Shown here piece after piece: positions 48,338 to 58,677 of a stretch of DNA of 64,000 nt (positions are counted from its first letter, which is position 1; every line of letters begins with the position of its first letter). Location: positions 69,568 through 133,567 of the IMG/VR virus record IMGVR_UViG_3300020473_000021. One strand, 5' to 3'. Below the pieces are notes generated by a model. The model was not told the DNA's origin, searched no databases, and worked only from the letters and a program-made list of their open reading frames with translations. The translations under genes and the position numbers were made by a program. Source of the stretch: a virus.

Positions 48338-51190
48338 ATGGCTATCAAATACCACTTACCCTTGAATGGTAACCTGGACGAGGTTATATCTGGACACCCC
48401 ATTACTTCAGTGGGTAATGTTCGGTTTGTAGATGGTCCAGGATTGCAAGTTTTAGAACAAACGAGTAATGACCCATGTGGCGTTACTTTAGAAGATCCAG
48501 ATATTAACATATTGAATTTCTGTGTAGCTTTTTGGGTAAGACCAACAGTTGTACCGGATACCGAATTCGATATGGTCATGAGTGGTGTAGACCAACAAGG
48601 CGAGCGCATAATCCAAGTTGATACACGGACTCCCGATAATGCGTTTTTACTTGCTGCGTTTAAATCTAACAGCGAACGAGTTTGGACAACGCACAACCTA
48701 TCCACTACGTCTGAATTAAATCAATTCAGATGGATGCATATTGTGATTGGTGTGAGTGAAGGTCACGCATATTTCTATCGCGATGGAGAATTAGTTGGCC
48801 GTAAAGAAATGAACCACCTTTACAATGAAAACACACCGCTTAAAGAATTGCGATTAGTGGAAGTCAACGCAACAAACGATTTTAATGGTGCGTCTGAAGT
48901 ACGTGGTGGTGACTTTGAAGTGAGTGACTTCAGAGTTTACGATTCCATGCTATCGCAACAACAAGTCTTCACGTTGTATAAGCGACCCATATTCCACTTC
49001 CCACTGATAGATGAACAATCGGTTAATTCGGGAACATTCGTTTATAGTGAGAATCAAGGTTCAGCATTTAATCATCTGTTAAAAGGTCATGATTTCACTA
49101 ACGGTGGGATTGTTACAGATTGGAATCCAAGATATTTACCGGGGCAAATCCATTTCACCATGTCTGCTGAGGTTAAATTGGAATCTGCTGGAGATGGTAG
49201 GATATTGGAAGTTAGAGATGCTAACAAGCCGGGTGCTCCTTTGATAACGTTTCGTCAAGAAAGCGGCACCATATACGCTCTATTAAGGGATGATGCGGGC
49301 GGTAGAAAAGACTTGACTCATTCAATGGAAGTCGATGGTAAATGGCATACTGTAACCATTGTTGTTTTAGATGGTAGAGCATCCATATACATCGATGGAG
49401 AATTTATTAAGTCACACCCAGATAAGTTAGCTGGGACTATCGATCTTAGGGGTCAGTATTTTGTTGTTGGCGCTAGAAATATTGACGGTACGATAGATTA
49501 TCCTTATCAGTCGGTACTTAGAAATGTCTTTTGGTTCGATACAGCATTGACTAAATCTGAGATAAGAAAATTAATCATCAATGGTAACGGTAACGATGGT
49601 GAAGGCGGTTTCATGGTTAAGAAAGGGTTGTGGGAGCAACCTGTATATGATCCTCTTGTAGATGGATATAACTTGCTGATGGCGGGTGATGAGGAATATG
49701 GATATCGCCATGCTAACGACTCTTTCCAATACATCCCTAGAGAAGATGGCAATCACGAATATATCGTCGATATACAACACGCAGTCATCTGGTTTGATCA
49801 AGCCATTGAGGTTTATGGAAATGGTCTAGATACATTTGACAACTACGGTATTTATAGCGAAGTAAAAGCGCTTGATGTTGTTTCACAAACTTACTTCATG
49901 ATTGTCTGTTACGATAAAAACATGCGTAGAATAGCCATTCAAGATGTAAATATTCAAAGTGGAACGACCACGACGGTGACGCAGCAGGTGAACCCCGGAG
50001 ATCAATGGGTGTATGTCGATAATGTAGCTGGTTGGACAACGGGTAGTACTAGACCAAGTACATATCACAACATGGTTTATTGGCTAGATGATCCGTCACC
50101 TTATGATGTCTATAAATACGCTCGTCGTCGGGAGAATTACACATCTACCGATGTAGACAACAATCGTGTCTATTTTGAAAACGGTTGGCCTGGACCCACA
50201 CTACCTGCTGGGACTCCAGTAGCTAATTCTTTTTCAGGTGGAACGTTCTCTTACATCGGTGCTTCGGGAAGAAACCTCAATCCGACTGAGGGTTGGGTAG
50301 GTCTTGAAGGACAGACTGGTAACTCCGATAGCGTCGGCGGACTACGCTATGGTACTAAATTCATCAAAGTGGGTTGGTTACTAAACCGGTATACGAGTGA
50401 ACACTCGAGGTCTGCACTTCGACGCATTCGCTGTTGGAATAAAGACTCACATCAACGTATTGACTTCCTTAAAGGTAAGTTCTTTGCCGATAGAGAAGGT
50501 CGAACTAATATCTACGAGTTGAATGAAGGTGGGTCAATAAACGAACCCGACCACTGGTTTCCATTCATTGGGAACGTGGATGACTATGGTAAGTCATCCT
50601 CAGTATCTAACGTTGATGTTTATTACGATTACGAGAGTGTCTACTTTAACGGTACGTCGTCTCACGTAACTATCGAGGACCACGTACCATTAGGGGTGGA
50701 GTTTACGGTATTTACTTGGTACAAGATGAGTTCTAATGATAAATATACTCATTTACTGTCTAACAACAACCAATATGTCTTCGCGTTCAAGATAGGTATT
50801 ACTGACCCGTACGATGCTGATGCGTACATACACACCGGTAAAACCGGTAGTAAACGATTTGGCATAAAGGTACCTGTAGATGAATGGGTATCGTTGGCGG
50901 TGACCTATAAAGACGGTGCGTTGAAACAATACTACAATGGTAAACTGGTTAACACGCACTACGTTAACTTCGACTCCATACCTGGTGGTAGATACCAAAT
51001 CGGAAGAAATGGTCAGACGACTGGGGAATGGTCACATGGCAACCAAAAAGATCTCTTTGTCTACACTAAGAAATTAGAAGACATAGATCTTGCCAGACTA
51101 CATTCTTCAACTGGACCTAGTAAGAAGAATAAGATATCTCACGTGCAAGATAAACTACTCGTAACTGGGGAAGTTTATAGTACAGTTTAA
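48338..51190 (+). CDS. LamG/concanavalin-like multi-domain putative adhesin
   Basis: Repeated LamG-type patterns (W.H...YFYRDGELV, WHTVT...IYIDG, WVSLAVTY...YYNGKLV). Start at 48338 (GAGG SD). Confidence 0.72.
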   Translation: MAIKYHLPLNGNLDEVISGHPITSVGNVRFVDGPGLQVLEQTSNDPCGVTLEDPDINILNFCVAFWVRPTVVPDTEFDMVMSGVDQQGERIIQVDTRTPDNAFLLAAFKSNSERVWTTHNLSTTSELNQFRWMHIVIGVSEGHAYFYRDGELVGRKEMNHLYNENTPLKELRLVEVNATNDFNGASEVRGGDFEVSDFRVYDSMLSQQQVFTLYKRPIFHFPLIDEQSVNSGTFVYSENQGSAFNHLLKGHDFTNGGIVTDWNPRYLPGQIHFTMSAEVKLESAGDGRILEVRDANKPGAPLITFRQESGTIYALLRDDAGGRKDLTHSMEVDGKWHTVTIVVLDGRASIYIDGEFIKSHPDKLAGTIDLRGQYFVVGARNIDGTIDYPYQSVLRNVFWFDTALTKSEIRKLIINGNGNDGEGGFMVKKGLWEQPVYDPLVDGYNLLMAGDEEYGYRHANDSFQYIPREDGNHEYIVDIQHAVIWFDQAIEVYGNGLDTFDNYGIYSEVKALDVVSQTYFMIVCYDKNMRRIAIQDVNIQSGTTTTVTQQVNPGDQWVYVDNVAGWTTGSTRPSTYHNMVYWLDDPSPYDVYKYARRRENYTSTDVDNNRVYFENGWPGPTLPAGTPVANSFSGGTFSYIGASGRNLNPTEGWVGLEGQTGNSDSVGGLRYGTKFIKVGWLLNRYTSEHSRSALRRIRCWNKDSHQRIDFLKGKFFADREGRTNIYELNEGGSINEPDHWFPFIGNVDDYGKSSSVSNVDVYYDYESVYFNGTSSHVTIEDHVPLGVEFTVFTWYKMSSNDKYTHLLSNNNQYVFAFKIGITDPYDADAYIHTGKTGSKRFGIKVPVDEWVSLAVTYKDGALKQYYNGKLVNTHYVNFDSIPGGRYQIGRNGQTTGEWSHGNQKDLFVYTKKLEDIDLARLHSSTGPSKKNKISHVQDKLLVTGEVYSTV

Positions 51191-51205
51191 AGTAGGAGAT
51201 AAATA

Positions 51206-54200
51206 ATGTCATTAGTAGCAAGATGGCCACTCAATGGTCATGCTAGAGACATAGTGGGTGGCTTAGATGCCACCCGAGTTTCTGGATCTGGCCTAACTTG
51301 GAATACGTCGCCTATTGGGCTAGGTGCACAATTTAATGCAAACGATGACCGCATCATCATTCCACATGACGACTATATAAACAACCGCTGTTTTGGTAAA
51401 TCAAAAGAATTTTCAGTATCGTTCTTTTATTACCCGATAAGTTATTCGGATTATGGGTGTGTCATTCAAAAAGCAAGAGCAGGTAGTTGGTCTAACAGCA
51501 CGATGGGTGTCTGGATATATAGTGGTGGAATAAGATTCATCATGGGATCTGATGTATCGGGTAATCCATCGGCTAGCTATACTGCCATAACTAAAAAACC
51601 CCCAGTCAATCAATGGGTTCATGTAACGTGTATCGCCGATAGTAAAGAGATGGGGATGTACCTAAATGGTGAATTGGTAGGTAGAGTGGATATATCCACC
51701 ATATCACACCCTAGGACGTCCAACGACGCACCCATCACCATAGGTCCAAGATACGATAATGATGGCACCTACAGTAGTCTTAGGGGCGTTATAGCAGACA
51801 TCAAGTTATATGATCACGTTTTAAGTAAACAAGAGATAATGGAAAATGGACTTGGGTTAATGTCTCATTGGCCGTTAACCAATCCACCCATTAATGGTGA
51901 GATATCTGGCGATTGTATAAACTCATCAAATGCAACGTTGTTACCGGACTACCTATATAAAGGAGGTATACCGGGTGAAATAACGTCTTACATTGAATTT
52001 ACTGGAACGTTAAATGGTGGCGTATCGTTACCTAAAGATGATTTCTCTCAGAACTCAAAGTGGGGATCTGTTAGTTTTTGGTTTAAGATAGATCAGCTAA
52101 CAAACTACAAACAATGGTTGTGGCATACCTATGTAAACCGAGATCGTGGAACCTATATCTCGGAAACAGGTGAAATAGTTGGTTTAGTTATACGTGGCGG
52201 TACTGATCCTAGTGCAGGTGAGTTTGCGACAGGTAAAACAATAAATGTTGGTGAGTGGCACCACCTAACGATGAGTTGGAATATATCCACTGGTGCAATC
52301 CATTTACATCTAGATGGTGTGTTAATACATACTGAGAATACTGGAAGTTGGACTGATGTTGAAAATGGCGATGAGACAACTATAGGTACCAGTACTGTGG
52401 GCGGTAGAACCATATTAGGTAAAGTTGCACACTTTAAAACGTTTGCTAGTCCACTTAGCTCACATCAAGTTAAGTTGTTGTATAAAAAGAGAACATCTAT
52501 GTCAATGGAGGGTGCTCTCAATATCGAGAACTTAGATGAGGGATATGATCGAATTGCCGCAAAGGGTGAATTTCTTGTTGTAGATAGTGGGTTTTATGGT
52601 GACATACCCATATACGCCTATGAGGACAATACAGACCTTTATATCGGTGGGTATAAGGTAGCTACCCTATCACGAGGGGAGAGTTATACGTTACCTACGT
52701 CGATGCAGTCAGTTGGATTATCGATAAGTGCTTTTGGCAAACCCATCAGTATCGGCGGTACCCGCAACTGCATTTCAACACGTTGGGCCGGTAAAGCATT
52801 TGGTGTATGGGTCGATAGAGATCCAGGTGAAATTGTTATATTCGCACCTTTCTCAGATGCGACTGTAGAGGTCGTTAGTACTCCGTTTGCAGATGCGACA
52901 GAGACAATCTCAACCATAACCATTCCGGCTGGAGAAAGTCATGCGGTGCCAAATGAGATACAGTACTTATATTTCATTCGATCGAATGTTGATATATGCG
53001 TTTATGCGATGGGTGTGAATTACGATAATCGACCCGTATATCCCGCATCTAAAGAGCTGTATGGTATCGCCAGTGGACACGCGGATCTCGTTTCTCTAAC
53101 TGATGGTGATGTTGAGGTATTTGGATCTGACGGTAGTTATGTCGACTATGGATTCAAAAGAAAGAATAGTGGTACCGGGAATGTAGCGGCGACTGGGGGT
53201 CTTTATACTGGGGCATCTAGTTTAATAAAAGCTACCGGGTTAGTTTGCGTACATGCACAAGCAGATAGTGACGGTGGTGAAATAACCCCGTTTATAACTA
53301 AAGACGCTATGTCAACACATTTCTTACTCCCTAGCGATTGTGACTTTGTTGCATTTGTAGGATTGGAAGATAACGTCGCAGTTAAACATCTCGATACTAA
53401 CATGATTGAACAACAATCCACCACAGCCATTTCTAATGGTGAAGGATTCCCGAGTAAGGCTAGGTTAGAAGGTGGTCTTTTAGCTGGACATTGGATTATC
53501 TGTGATCGTCCCGTGTACGCTATAATGCAACCTACAGCAACAGACGACGAAACTGTCCTTTATGGATATAATCCGGATGTAGACAACGTATATCGTGAAC
53601 ACATCGATAAGTTTAGTGAAAACGGTTTATTCCCACAGGAATACATAGCCTACTTACCATTACACTCCGATGTGGTTGATCATGGCGTAAATGGTTTATA
53701 TCACGATTCTATCAGCAAACCAGTTAAGTCAGATCGTGGATTCACGTTCGATGGGATAGATAACTACTTAATGGTCTTATCTAACCAAGAAGCTGCCGAT
53801 TTTATCGGTCAACCGGAAACTCAGTCAATCACGATAGCTATGTCGTTTAAGAGTCTTGGCTCTTTAGCAACGAGCTCTGCATCGGCTAGGTTAATAACGA
53901 GGGATGCTTCCGACTATTGGGCTGTTGGTATCGACCAGACGTCTGGGTTCCCACAACGCTTGAGGTGGTGGGATGCTTCTTCTGCATATAGTGAAGTCGG
54001 AGCAATAACTGATGGTTGGCACCGCTTGGTTATGATTAGAGATTTGAATACTAATGTCGGTAAAATGTATCTCGATGGTAACTTACTTGGTGAATTTGTC
54101 GCTAGCTCAGGACCCGGTTCAAGTAGACCGATCTTAATTGGAGCCAATACCGAACAACAAATCAATAACACCGGAGATGCTTTCTACGGTGACATCGAAG

Positions 54201-54331
54201 ATGTTCACGTTGTGGCTGGAGTTGTATCGGAACAACATGTTAAGTCTGACTATCAGAGATTCGTGAAAAGAAATCGATCTTTATCGTTTGATAGATCTAG
54301 CAAAAATGTATATCAATTAATCGAGAGGTAA
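51206..54331 (+). CDS. LamG/concanavalin-like multi-domain putative adhesin
   Basis: Three LamG-like units (WVHVT..MYLNGELV, WHHLT..LHLDGVL, WHRLV..MYLDGNL) plus a central IgGFc-binding-like segment. Confidence 0.75.
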   Translation: MSLVARWPLNGHARDIVGGLDATRVSGSGLTWNTSPIGLGAQFNANDDRIIIPHDDYINNRCFGKSKEFSVSFFYYPISYSDYGCVIQKARAGSWSNSTMGVWIYSGGIRFIMGSDVSGNPSASYTAITKKPPVNQWVHVTCIADSKEMGMYLNGELVGRVDISTISHPRTSNDAPITIGPRYDNDGTYSSLRGVIADIKLYDHVLSKQEIMENGLGLMSHWPLTNPPINGEISGDCINSSNATLLPDYLYKGGIPGEITSYIEFTGTLNGGVSLPKDDFSQNSKWGSVSFWFKIDQLTNYKQWLWHTYVNRDRGTYISETGEIVGLVIRGGTDPSAGEFATGKTINVGEWHHLTMSWNISTGAIHLHLDGVLIHTENTGSWTDVENGDETTIGTSTVGGRTILGKVAHFKTFASPLSSHQVKLLYKKRTSMSMEGALNIENLDEGYDRIAAKGEFLVVDSGFYGDIPIYAYEDNTDLYIGGYKVATLSRGESYTLPTSMQSVGLSISAFGKPISIGGTRNCISTRWAGKAFGVWVDRDPGEIVIFAPFSDATVEVVSTPFADATETISTITIPAGESHAVPNEIQYLYFIRSNVDICVYAMGVNYDNRPVYPASKELYGIASGHADLVSLTDGDVEVFGSDGSYVDYGFKRKNSGTGNVAATGGLYTGASSLIKATGLVCVHAQADSDGGEITPFITKDAMSTHFLLPSDCDFVAFVGLEDNVAVKHLDTNMIEQQSTTAISNGEGFPSKARLEGGLLAGHWIICDRPVYAIMQPTATDDETVLYGYNPDVDNVYREHIDKFSENGLFPQEYIAYLPLHSDVVDHGVNGLYHDSISKPVKSDRGFTFDGIDNYLMVLSNQEAADFIGQPETQSITIAMSFKSLGSLATSSASARLITRDASDYWAVGIDQTSGFPQRLRWWDASSAYSEVGAITDGWHRLVMIRDLNTNVGKMYLDGNLLGEFVASSGPGSSRPILIGANTEQQINNTGDAFYGDIEDVHVVAGVVSEQHVKSDYQRFVKRNRSLSFDRSSKNVYQLIER

Positions 54332-54335
54332 TAAG

Positions 54336-54755
54336 ATGGCTAATCTAAAAGATACCACGGTCAATGGTGAGTTGCGCGTGACGCGTGGTGTTAAAATGCT
54401 AGGGCCTCTCTTGAGGTTTTTCAAGAGTCCGACGTATGGTACTGGTGAGCCAATAGAATATGTTAAGGTCGTCGATACTGACGTCAATATCGGTGCCAAT
54501 ACGAATATCCAATATAACTTAGGCGATTACGTTAGTGATGTTTCTAAGTTTGATATTCGAGGGGCTCGTATTGAAGTTACCGCCTTGGATACCGAAACGG
54601 GGTCTCCTACAAATGGCGACTACGTAAACTCAGAAGCAATGATCACTAAAGCTATCTCTGGTGGTAATGCTGTTAAACTACATAACTACTCTAACGCAAC
54701 TGCTCAATGTAAGGTATATATCGCACTTCCCATTAAAGCAAGGGCTAATGCATGA
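54336..54755 (+). CDS. small fibre-associated protein
   Basis: 139-aa beta-rich ORF coupled (ATGA) to the next gene. Confidence 0.65.
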   Translation: MANLKDTTVNGELRVTRGVKMLGPLLRFFKSPTYGTGEPIEYVKVVDTDVNIGANTNIQYNLGDYVSDVSKFDIRGARIEVTALDTETGSPTNGDYVNSEAMITKAISGGNAVKLHNYSNATAQCKVYIALPIKARANA

Positions 54756-57700
54756 TAGTAAAACCGAATAAGGTACCGGGACACTACCCGGTACCCATCG
54801 ACTTGAGATTAAAAGGCGAGTCGTTAGTAGACACTGTTGCATTGTCTAAAAACGCTGCGCCTCCGGCTAACTCTAAATACATCGGGTATGATGAGTTAAC
54901 GCCACCTAATCCATTTCTTGCTGTTACTCAAGATGGTAAAGGTAATGTTGTATATGACGGTGGTTTTCCTAAGTTCTACAATACTAGATCTTTACCTGCT
55001 GGAACACCTTTCAGTGAGTTGAATGCACAACATAAATTCCTTTGGAATGCTGTAAACTTTATTGCCAATAAGCAAAAGGTTGCATCTGGTAATAAGGAAG
55101 TGTTGTTAATTGGCGATCGAACTGCCGATAATTACTGGGTGAAGTCGACCATCGGTAATGGTTTTAAGACCACATTCACCAACGTCATTACGACGATGGG
55201 TTACAATCTAACCATTAAGGATGCAAACGATTACGGTGGTATCATCGATGCGACCTTAAGTGAGTTGGAACAATACTGTTGCGTTATCTTCATGTCGTCT
55301 TGGTATACAGACCAGCCAAAGATAACACAAGCATGTATCAATAACTTCCTGACATATCGTCAAAACGGTAGTGGTTTGTTTTTCATCACTGACCACGGTA
55401 ACGTCATTAATGATTTTGATACAGCAGTTAACGGTAGTTATAGTGGTTTCTTTAGAACTGCCAATGCCATTACGGTTAACTTTGGTGCTTGGTTCTCTGG
55501 GAACTACGATAGAACGAGTGTAAATGTTGGTTACCTACGAAACAACTATGGCGATCACCCACTTTATAGTGGTTTGTCTGATGCTGAAAACATTTCTGCG
55601 GGTGGTAGTGAGTCTGAGGTTGTTTTGGCGAGTAATGACACATTCTCGGGTGATGCGATACCTGACATAAACATAAACTCTAGTGGCGTCAATACAGTCA
55701 ACGTTTTATCAGTTACAAAAGATGGTGAGGTTGTCACTGAGCGATATCTATACACCATTGGTAGTAATCCGCTTGTTAGCGTTAAAACTCAAGGTACGAG
55801 AATTCCATTCGGTGGAACTATTGAGACCTATAAAAAGTTTGCTGACTTTGACTTCATCAATAACTTTCCTGAACTGGGTACGCTAGTGGGTGAAGTTTAC
55901 ATCGATGGCGTTTATCTGGGTACGGTGAATATAGACGGTAATAGATCCACCTACAAGTGGATAACCGATCCATTGACACCGATTATATCTGGTAGCGATC
56001 TACGGCTTGAAATCATACAACCATATCGCTATACGTTAAATTGGACCATCAATCAGTTGAGTACTGGTTTTGGCGATGCTAGAAGTAAATGGCGGTTGTT
56101 TGATACTGATTTCATAAAAGGTAGGGGTTTGGGTTTAATACGCAACATAAACTCTCACTTTGCCGAATCAATCAAACCGACATATCGTCCGGATAGCGCG
56201 AGTGTACTTGATGATTTGGAAGTGTATGAAAGTGGTGAGGTTGACTTTGGATCAATCGAGGTTTACTTAGTTGGTGATTTTCAGGAGATATTCAACAACA
56301 GACTATTCAGTCCAACCGAGAAAGTCACTGTGGTGAACAGAAACACTCGGGAGGTATATCTACCTACTGATAATGGTTGGGTTTTATCCGATAAGTCCGC
56401 TGGTGAACTTTTGGGCGTGGGAAGGACATTGATTGATAAGTACAATCGTTCCACTTACGTAACAACAGATCAACCTAGAGTTAACGTTACTTATCCAGAA
56501 CAGACACCGCTTTACGATGACCAAAAGAAATATGGTTACTGTAGCATCGTCCAATCTCCGTATCTAACTTGGTGGGTTCCAATTGAAGTATTGACCGCCA
56601 AATGGATCTGGGATAGAACTACAGCAGGTAGTACAGCTCCTGTAAATGAATCTGTACATTTAAGAAAGTGGTTCAATAGCCCCTATACTGGAACGGCAAC
56701 TTTAAAAGTTGGTTGTGATGATGCTGTAAACGGTCTGTGGGTAAATGGTGAGCTGGTTAAATCTGGTAGTATAAACCATCAACTGGGTGAAACGCACACC
56801 ATTAACGTAAGGCAAGGCATGAATTTGATTCATGCAGAATGTTACAACAGTGGTGGACCTGCTGGTTTCTTAGCCTACATCTTAAGTAGAGATGGTGACT
56901 TACTTACTAAGACCGATTCTAGTTGGTTGAAGTACTCGATCCCCAATAAGGACATTGGTGCCATTCGCGTTACTAACGATGACGATATATCGATTCCTTA
57001 CGATGAAAATATGGTTTTATCGCCAGATGACGTCATTGAGTATGAAGTCGATTTTCGTTCCAATGGACCACCTGGTGGGTGTCTGGTATCTATACACTAT
57101 TACAGGGATTCTGTTGGTGGTACACACCGTGGATTAGATATCTATAGTGGTAGCGGTAGTTCATCGTTAGCGGCTCACCTAATACATAATTGGGAAAGTT
57201 CTGGTGGCGATCAGGCCATTCGCATAAATACCGATGTGGGTGGTAATGGTTTTGTAGATGTCTGGGATAATCAATGGCACAATATTAAAGTTGTCTACGA
57301 TGGTTCTAGATTGGAAAGTGGTTTGTCGATGTATGTCGACGGAGTAAAACAACCACTACAGACTGCTCCAGACAACCCAAGAGCGGGAAACCAGTCATTG
57401 TTGAATGCTGGTGTTCTAAGTGCTAAAGGGGCACCCGTTAGAGTTGGGGGTAGAACTAATGTGGACGACACACCTTACTATCCATTAAATACGGGCGACT
57501 ATAAGAACTTTAAGATAAAGCGCAATGGTGTAGTGATTGGTTACTACCCGATGCATGAGTCTTATAATGGTCGTTTCTTCGACTATGGTGTATATAGCGT
57601 CCATTCAGATGTTGCTCCACCAACGACCACATCATGGACGACTAGCTGGAATACGTCCAGATCTACCGAATGGACAACAAGTTGGACGAGTAATAAAACA

Positions 57701-58666
57701 ACGAGTTGGACGACGTCGGTGGATACAAGTCGTGGTACATCACACACGACAAATTGGACAAGTAGCTATACCACAAGTTGGGGAACTTCAAGAGGAACAA
57801 GTCGTAGTACTACGATAAGTACATCTTGGAGTACATCAAGGACAACCACTTGGGATAGTAGTCGTACGACAAGTTATACTACTAGCTGGACTGGTAGTCG
57901 GACTACGAGTCGGGTGGAATCTAAAACCACTAGTTGGACAACCAGTTGGTCGGGTAGTCGCAGTACTAGTCGAACTGAGTCTAGGACGACATCGTGGACT
58001 ACGTCATGGAGTGCCAGCAGAAGTACCAGTCGAACCACTAGTAAGAGTTACTCTCGTTCTACTTCGAAAGGTACTTCATGGACGACGAGTTGGACTGGTA
58101 GTCGTGGTACTAGTCGTAGTACTAGTAAGAGTACTTCTAAATTGACGAGTCGATCTACCTTTATCGGTCCTATCGACGTTTGTATTTCTTTAGATACTAA
58201 ATTAATGTTAGCGTCTGGGGAAACAATGGATGCGAGACACGTTAAAGTTGGTGATGTCCTTAAGGGTGTTGATATCGAAGGTATGATCGATGAATCAGAC
58301 CCACGTTGGGAAAGTTGGTCTACTCGATATTTAGAAAACCCTAGGATAAAAGACGTAACTGTAAAACACGTTAGATTTGGGTCATTTAGGGCTATCTATC
58401 TCGTTAACAACAAGTTAGCTATAACCAAGCAACATAAGGTACTAGCTAAACACAACGGACGGTGGTCTTGGTGGGATATACGAGATATTGAACTTGGCGA
58501 TATCATGTTGGATCAAAACCTAGGTGAGGTAGAGGTAGAAAAATTAGACTATTTAGATGGTGACGTAGAAACCGTAACTATTGATGTTGAAGAGTCTGAT
58601 ACTTACTTTGCTGGTGGGTTGTTGGTTCACAACATACCCGGTGGCGGAAGCCAAGTTAAGAGATAA
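54752..58666 (+). CDS. multi-domain putative virion appendage protein: carbohydrate-binding/LamG-like domains, 44 TTSX repeats and C-terminal Hint domain
   Basis: Jelly-roll-like AKWIW...GCDD..WVNG...GPAGF; LamG-like WHNIKVVYDG..MYVDG; Thr/Ser/Trp/Arg tetrapeptide tract; CISLDT...VKVGD...TYFAGGLLVHN. Confidence 0.8.
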   Translation: MIVKPNKVPGHYPVPIDLRLKGESLVDTVALSKNAAPPANSKYIGYDELTPPNPFLAVTQDGKGNVVYDGGFPKFYNTRSLPAGTPFSELNAQHKFLWNAVNFIANKQKVASGNKEVLLIGDRTADNYWVKSTIGNGFKTTFTNVITTMGYNLTIKDANDYGGIIDATLSELEQYCCVIFMSSWYTDQPKITQACINNFLTYRQNGSGLFFITDHGNVINDFDTAVNGSYSGFFRTANAITVNFGAWFSGNYDRTSVNVGYLRNNYGDHPLYSGLSDAENISAGGSESEVVLASNDTFSGDAIPDININSSGVNTVNVLSVTKDGEVVTERYLYTIGSNPLVSVKTQGTRIPFGGTIETYKKFADFDFINNFPELGTLVGEVYIDGVYLGTVNIDGNRSTYKWITDPLTPIISGSDLRLEIIQPYRYTLNWTINQLSTGFGDARSKWRLFDTDFIKGRGLGLIRNINSHFAESIKPTYRPDSASVLDDLEVYESGEVDFGSIEVYLVGDFQEIFNNRLFSPTEKVTVVNRNTREVYLPTDNGWVLSDKSAGELLGVGRTLIDKYNRSTYVTTDQPRVNVTYPEQTPLYDDQKKYGYCSIVQSPYLTWWVPIEVLTAKWIWDRTTAGSTAPVNESVHLRKWFNSPYTGTATLKVGCDDAVNGLWVNGELVKSGSINHQLGETHTINVRQGMNLIHAECYNSGGPAGFLAYILSRDGDLLTKTDSSWLKYSIPNKDIGAIRVTNDDDISIPYDENMVLSPDDVIEYEVDFRSNGPPGGCLVSIHYYRDSVGGTHRGLDIYSGSGSSSLAAHLIHNWESSGGDQAIRINTDVGGNGFVDVWDNQWHNIKVVYDGSRLESGLSMYVDGVKQPLQTAPDNPRAGNQSLLNAGVLSAKGAPVRVGGRTNVDDTPYYPLNTGDYKNFKIKRNGVVIGYYPMHESYNGRFFDYGVYSVHSDVAPPTTTSWTTSWNTSRSTEWTTSWTSNKTTSWTTSVDTSRGTSHTTNWTSSYTTSWGTSRGTSRSTTISTSWSTSRTTTWDSSRTTSYTTSWTGSRTTSRVESKTTSWTTSWSGSRSTSRTESRTTSWTTSWSASRSTSRTTSKSYSRSTSKGTSWTTSWTGSRGTSRSTSKSTSKLTSRSTFIGPIDVCISLDTKLMLASGETMDARHVKVGDVLKGVDIEGMIDESDPRWESWSTRYLENPRIKDVTVKHVRFGSFRAIYLVNNKLAITKQHKVLAKHNGRWSWWDIRDIELGDIMLDQNLGEVEVEKLDYLDGDVETVTIDVEESDTYFAGGLLVHNIPGGGSQVKR
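57626..58153 (+). repeat. 44 tandem tetrapeptides (T/S-T-S-X), outbound tract
   Basis: Direct parse of the translation from TTSW TTSW NTSR to STSK LTSR, with no register break. Confidence 0.92.
58181..58633 (+). other. Hint (intein-like/BIL-type) autoprocessing domain, 151 aa, no endonuclease
   Basis: Cys1 (CISLDTKL), block B-like ITKQH, block F-like TIDVEESDTYF, terminal His-Asn; +1 residue is Ile. Confidence 0.88.
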
Positions 58667-58677
58667 CGGGAGCTACT

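Noticed and set aside
58181-58633. Mobile homing intein
   Set aside because: Only 151 aa, no endonuclease motifs, +1 residue is Ile, and it sits at a C-terminus rather than within a conserved enzyme motif.
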